A stretch of DNA of 23,494 nucleotides from Octopus sinensis (lineage: Eukaryota). Below are positions 20,980-23,494 of the stretch, piece after piece. Every line of letters begins with the position of its first letter. Within the stretch, counting starts at the first letter, position 1. The translations under genes and the position numbers were made by a program. Under the pieces are notes generated by a model. That model was not told the DNA's origin. It searched no databases and saw nothing but the letters and a program-made list of their open reading frames with translations. Location: the NCBI RefSeq assembly GCF_006345805.1, contig NW_021835666.1:1-23494 (forward strand), given 5' to 3'.

Positions 20980-21265
20980 ACCTTGACGGTGTTACCTGTG
21001 CGGACACATTTGCTCCAAAGTTATTCAGTCTGCGTCGTTTCCTGGCTTCGCGTCTCACCGGGCCGAGGAAACCAAACGAAGGAAATACGCACCCCTTCCT
21101 GACGCGTACAACTTTGTCCCAATGGTGTGATTGGGCCGGCCAGGAAGAGGATTCTGTCTATAATTGGGAAACTGGTCGGAAAGAAAACCTTTGACCACCG
21201 GGAAACCAGCCGGCTGTACCAGAGAATATTTATAGCAATCTTACCAGGTAATTCGCAATTTCAGC
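20980..21265 (+). mobile_element. Second CRE-clade RLE 3' fragment
   Basis: GVTCADTFAP, AEETKRRKYAPLPDAYNFVPMV, IGKLVGKKTFDHRETSRLYQRIFIAILPGNS (frameshifted); GC-rich island in AT-rich context. Confidence 0.75.
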
Positions 21266-21523
21266 AGAGGATATATAGGTAGGTGTGCTTGATTTCTTTG
21301 GTTTATTGTTTACATAATATGAGTTTATCTTTAGATGATTCTTGTGGCTGATTCCGGCGTAGAATTTCATTAGTTTACTCAATTCAGGTTGACTTTTCTC
21401 TTCTGAATTTGTGCAATGGTTGGCAGGTCTGATTGTTGGAATCACCTAATTAATTACTCTAATTAACTGTTGCTGATTCTTGGGTTAAATAAAAAAGTAA
21501 TAAGCCATAATAGTAAGGACAGA

Positions 21524-22298
21524 TTAGGAAGTGGCTGTGACCAACTGAGTGGAGGATATGCCCTCCTTGTCGATTATCTGCATGTAGAATGACCCCAAAT
21601 CGACAATGAATCGTTTTTGTATCTACAAATGTGGAGTACAACCAACACAGTCAACACACTTCTGGACGAGCTCGACTGCCTCCTCTCGACTCATGTCTGG
21701 GCAATGACAGTAATCACTACCACCACGCAGGTTCTGGTCGAGCACTGGGAAGGTGAAGAAACTGCCATATCCATTCACAGCAAAGGGCACTCTCACCATT
21801 GCCCCGTACATGTCAATACTGTAACACTCCCCACCATCTGTGAACCCCCCCACGATCATATTCACTTCGTAAGGTCTCTACAATTTACAAATCAGAGTGG
21901 GCTGTCATGGAATATTCTAGAATGTTCTGGAATGTTCCAGAAAGTGCTATGTGAATACCCGTGTGCGTAGTGTCTCCGCGATCTCTCTTCTGATAAAGTT
22001 GGCAGTGGAGTGGACACTCATCTCAGTGCCTGGACAGTAATATTAGGGATGACCAGTGTGCATTTTCTTGAAAAGAATGTTCTTGGCGATGTAGTCACAA
22101 AAGTAACGGACGTCCCCAGGCTGTCCATTTGCAGCCAAAACGACGTGGTCACTCAGTTTCATTATTTTTAGATTATCTGGAGTGGTTGTGAGGAGAGGAC
22201 TTGCCATATTTAATAAACAGAACTCGGGCGTCCACTTTAGTATCAGCTGCAACCACAGTAAAGTTGTCCGTGCAAAACCCCAGAATACAACCTGACAT
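21524..22298 (-). CDS. PSMB2: 20S proteasome subunit beta type-2 (beta4), 197 aa; exons 22298-22205, 22176-22054, 22029-21959, 21877-21721, 21696-21647, 21622-21524; introns 28 (GC-AG), 24, 81, 24, 24 nt
   Basis: Spliced product MSGCILGFCTDNFTVVAADT...GQPGDVRYFCDYIAKN...STANFIRREIAETLRTRRPYEVNMIVGGF...PFAVNGYGSFFTFPVLD...MSREEAVELVQKCVDCIQKRFIVDLGSFYMQIIDKEG. Exons total 594 nt with no frameshift needed. Confidence 0.95.
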
Positions 22299-22389
22299 TG
22301 TCACGCAACTGCACTTATTTTATTTATTACTCTAATCAGCCATTTTTAATTTTATATAAATTAATTAATGGAATCTCTTGAAAATCATT

Positions 22390-23460
22390 CGAAGTTAATT
22401 ATTAACACATCAACATTGCATTGTCCCAACAGACGAGCTCTCTCCATGCAAACCAACTCCACAATTAAAAACAACTTGCGACCCCGCCTCGTTCAGGCCG
22501 ATATCTGTCCTATTAAAAATCTTTTAAAAAATTTGTCTTGAAATCAAAATACCCTTTCCTTACTCTATCAAATGCACAACAAGGTTTCCGACCACAGCAC
22601 TTAATAACAACACACCTATCACAATAACAAGATTCATTGCAGACGTATTTAAGAACTAATTTCTTCCTCAACGAACAATCCTGGCATCAGTTGATATGCC
22701 AAAGCATTTGACCGGACTTTGATATGTTCTAAGCTCAAAAATCTACTCTGAAAATCTGGCTGTGTAGCTTCTTATCTGGTAGACTGGCTCGGGTCTAAAA
22801 ACTCATGGTTTCTCTACTTACTTAATGGGGTACTTCAAGGCTCCTGTCTTTCTCCAGCCCTTTTCAACCTACACCTCAGTGATATGCCAACTAATCCAAA
22901 AACACTACTCCTCTCCTTTGCTGACGATATTGTGATTGCTTTCATACACAATATCATTAACAGAGCGATTAGTTCACTCCTAACTCAGCTAGACTTCTTT
23001 AGTTCATATGACTTCTTTGGCGTCCAAATCGTCTATCGCTGTTTTTACCTCTGACAAACGACAATTCAACCTAAACCCAGCCCTCTGTGTGGCCGGTGAA
23101 GAAATTCCTTCATTGGGAATCTTGCATCGTTCCGGTCGAAGACTATTTAGGGACGAGAGGACTACAATTCCTCCACGAATTACAAGATCTCTATTTCAGA
23201 AAACAAAAGACATATTATCACTACTCTGGCCGATCAATATCTCTCAAAAATACTCTTAACGAACAAATAGAAAACTGGGAAAAAATAATTAGTGATTACA
23301 TCTCATCTCATGCTATTAAGATGCTCAAGAATAACAAACTTGTTGATTCTTCCCCGCCACTGGTCCATCCTCAGAGCAATCAATCGACAGGTACCTCCGT
23401 ATTTAACTTTGACAAATATTGCTCCTTCACCCCGGAGAATTGCTCAATTAAAGCACCAAA
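22390..23460 (+). mobile_element. Degenerate APE-type LINE RT remnant related to the 1100-5850 LINE
   Basis: DPASFRPISVL, KAFD (~22701), GVLQGSCLSPALFNL, SFADDI (~22915); 23210-23400 is visibly similar at DNA and protein level to 1545-1360 (NTLNEQ...DYIS..AI.MLKNNKL.DS). Confidence 0.85.
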
Positions 23461-23494
23461 ATAAATATGAACTCACAAAACTAGTATTGACCAT

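Noticed and set aside
21230-21445. 71-aa minus ORF downstream of PSMB2
   Set aside because: No ATG start or motif, and its 3' part overlaps the CRE fragment antisense; cannot be supported as a gene.

Overview
AT-rich eukaryotic (animal-like) genomic DNA with miniature spliceosomal introns, mostly 22-30 nt. That pattern is known from dicyemid mesozoans; a myxozoan or orthonectid is not excluded, and the taxon is an inference. Two host genes are clear once the tiny introns are removed by hand: EB1/MAPRE (+, 11839-12602) and proteasome beta-4/PSMB2 (-, 22298-21524, five introns including a 28-nt GC-AG). A third, acid-sphingomyelinase-like metallophosphoesterase gene (-, about 11740-7689) lies head-to-head with EB1 and is interrupted by a full-length hAT and a MITE. 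The rest is dense, nested transposon sequence: hAT (CGGBP-like and Buster-like), pogo/Tigger, Ginger-like DDE integrases, APE-type LINE RT remnants (one with an internal ~635-bp triplication), and R4-like and CRE-like RLE retrotransposon 3' ends. The most striking observation is that transposase genes from four unrelated DNA-transposon lineages each appear to carry host-sized 23-26 nt GT-AG introns whose removal restores catalytic-domain reading frames or motif spacing. Scattered single-base homopolymer indels suggest imperfect long-read consensus, so frameshifts alone do not show pseudogenisation.
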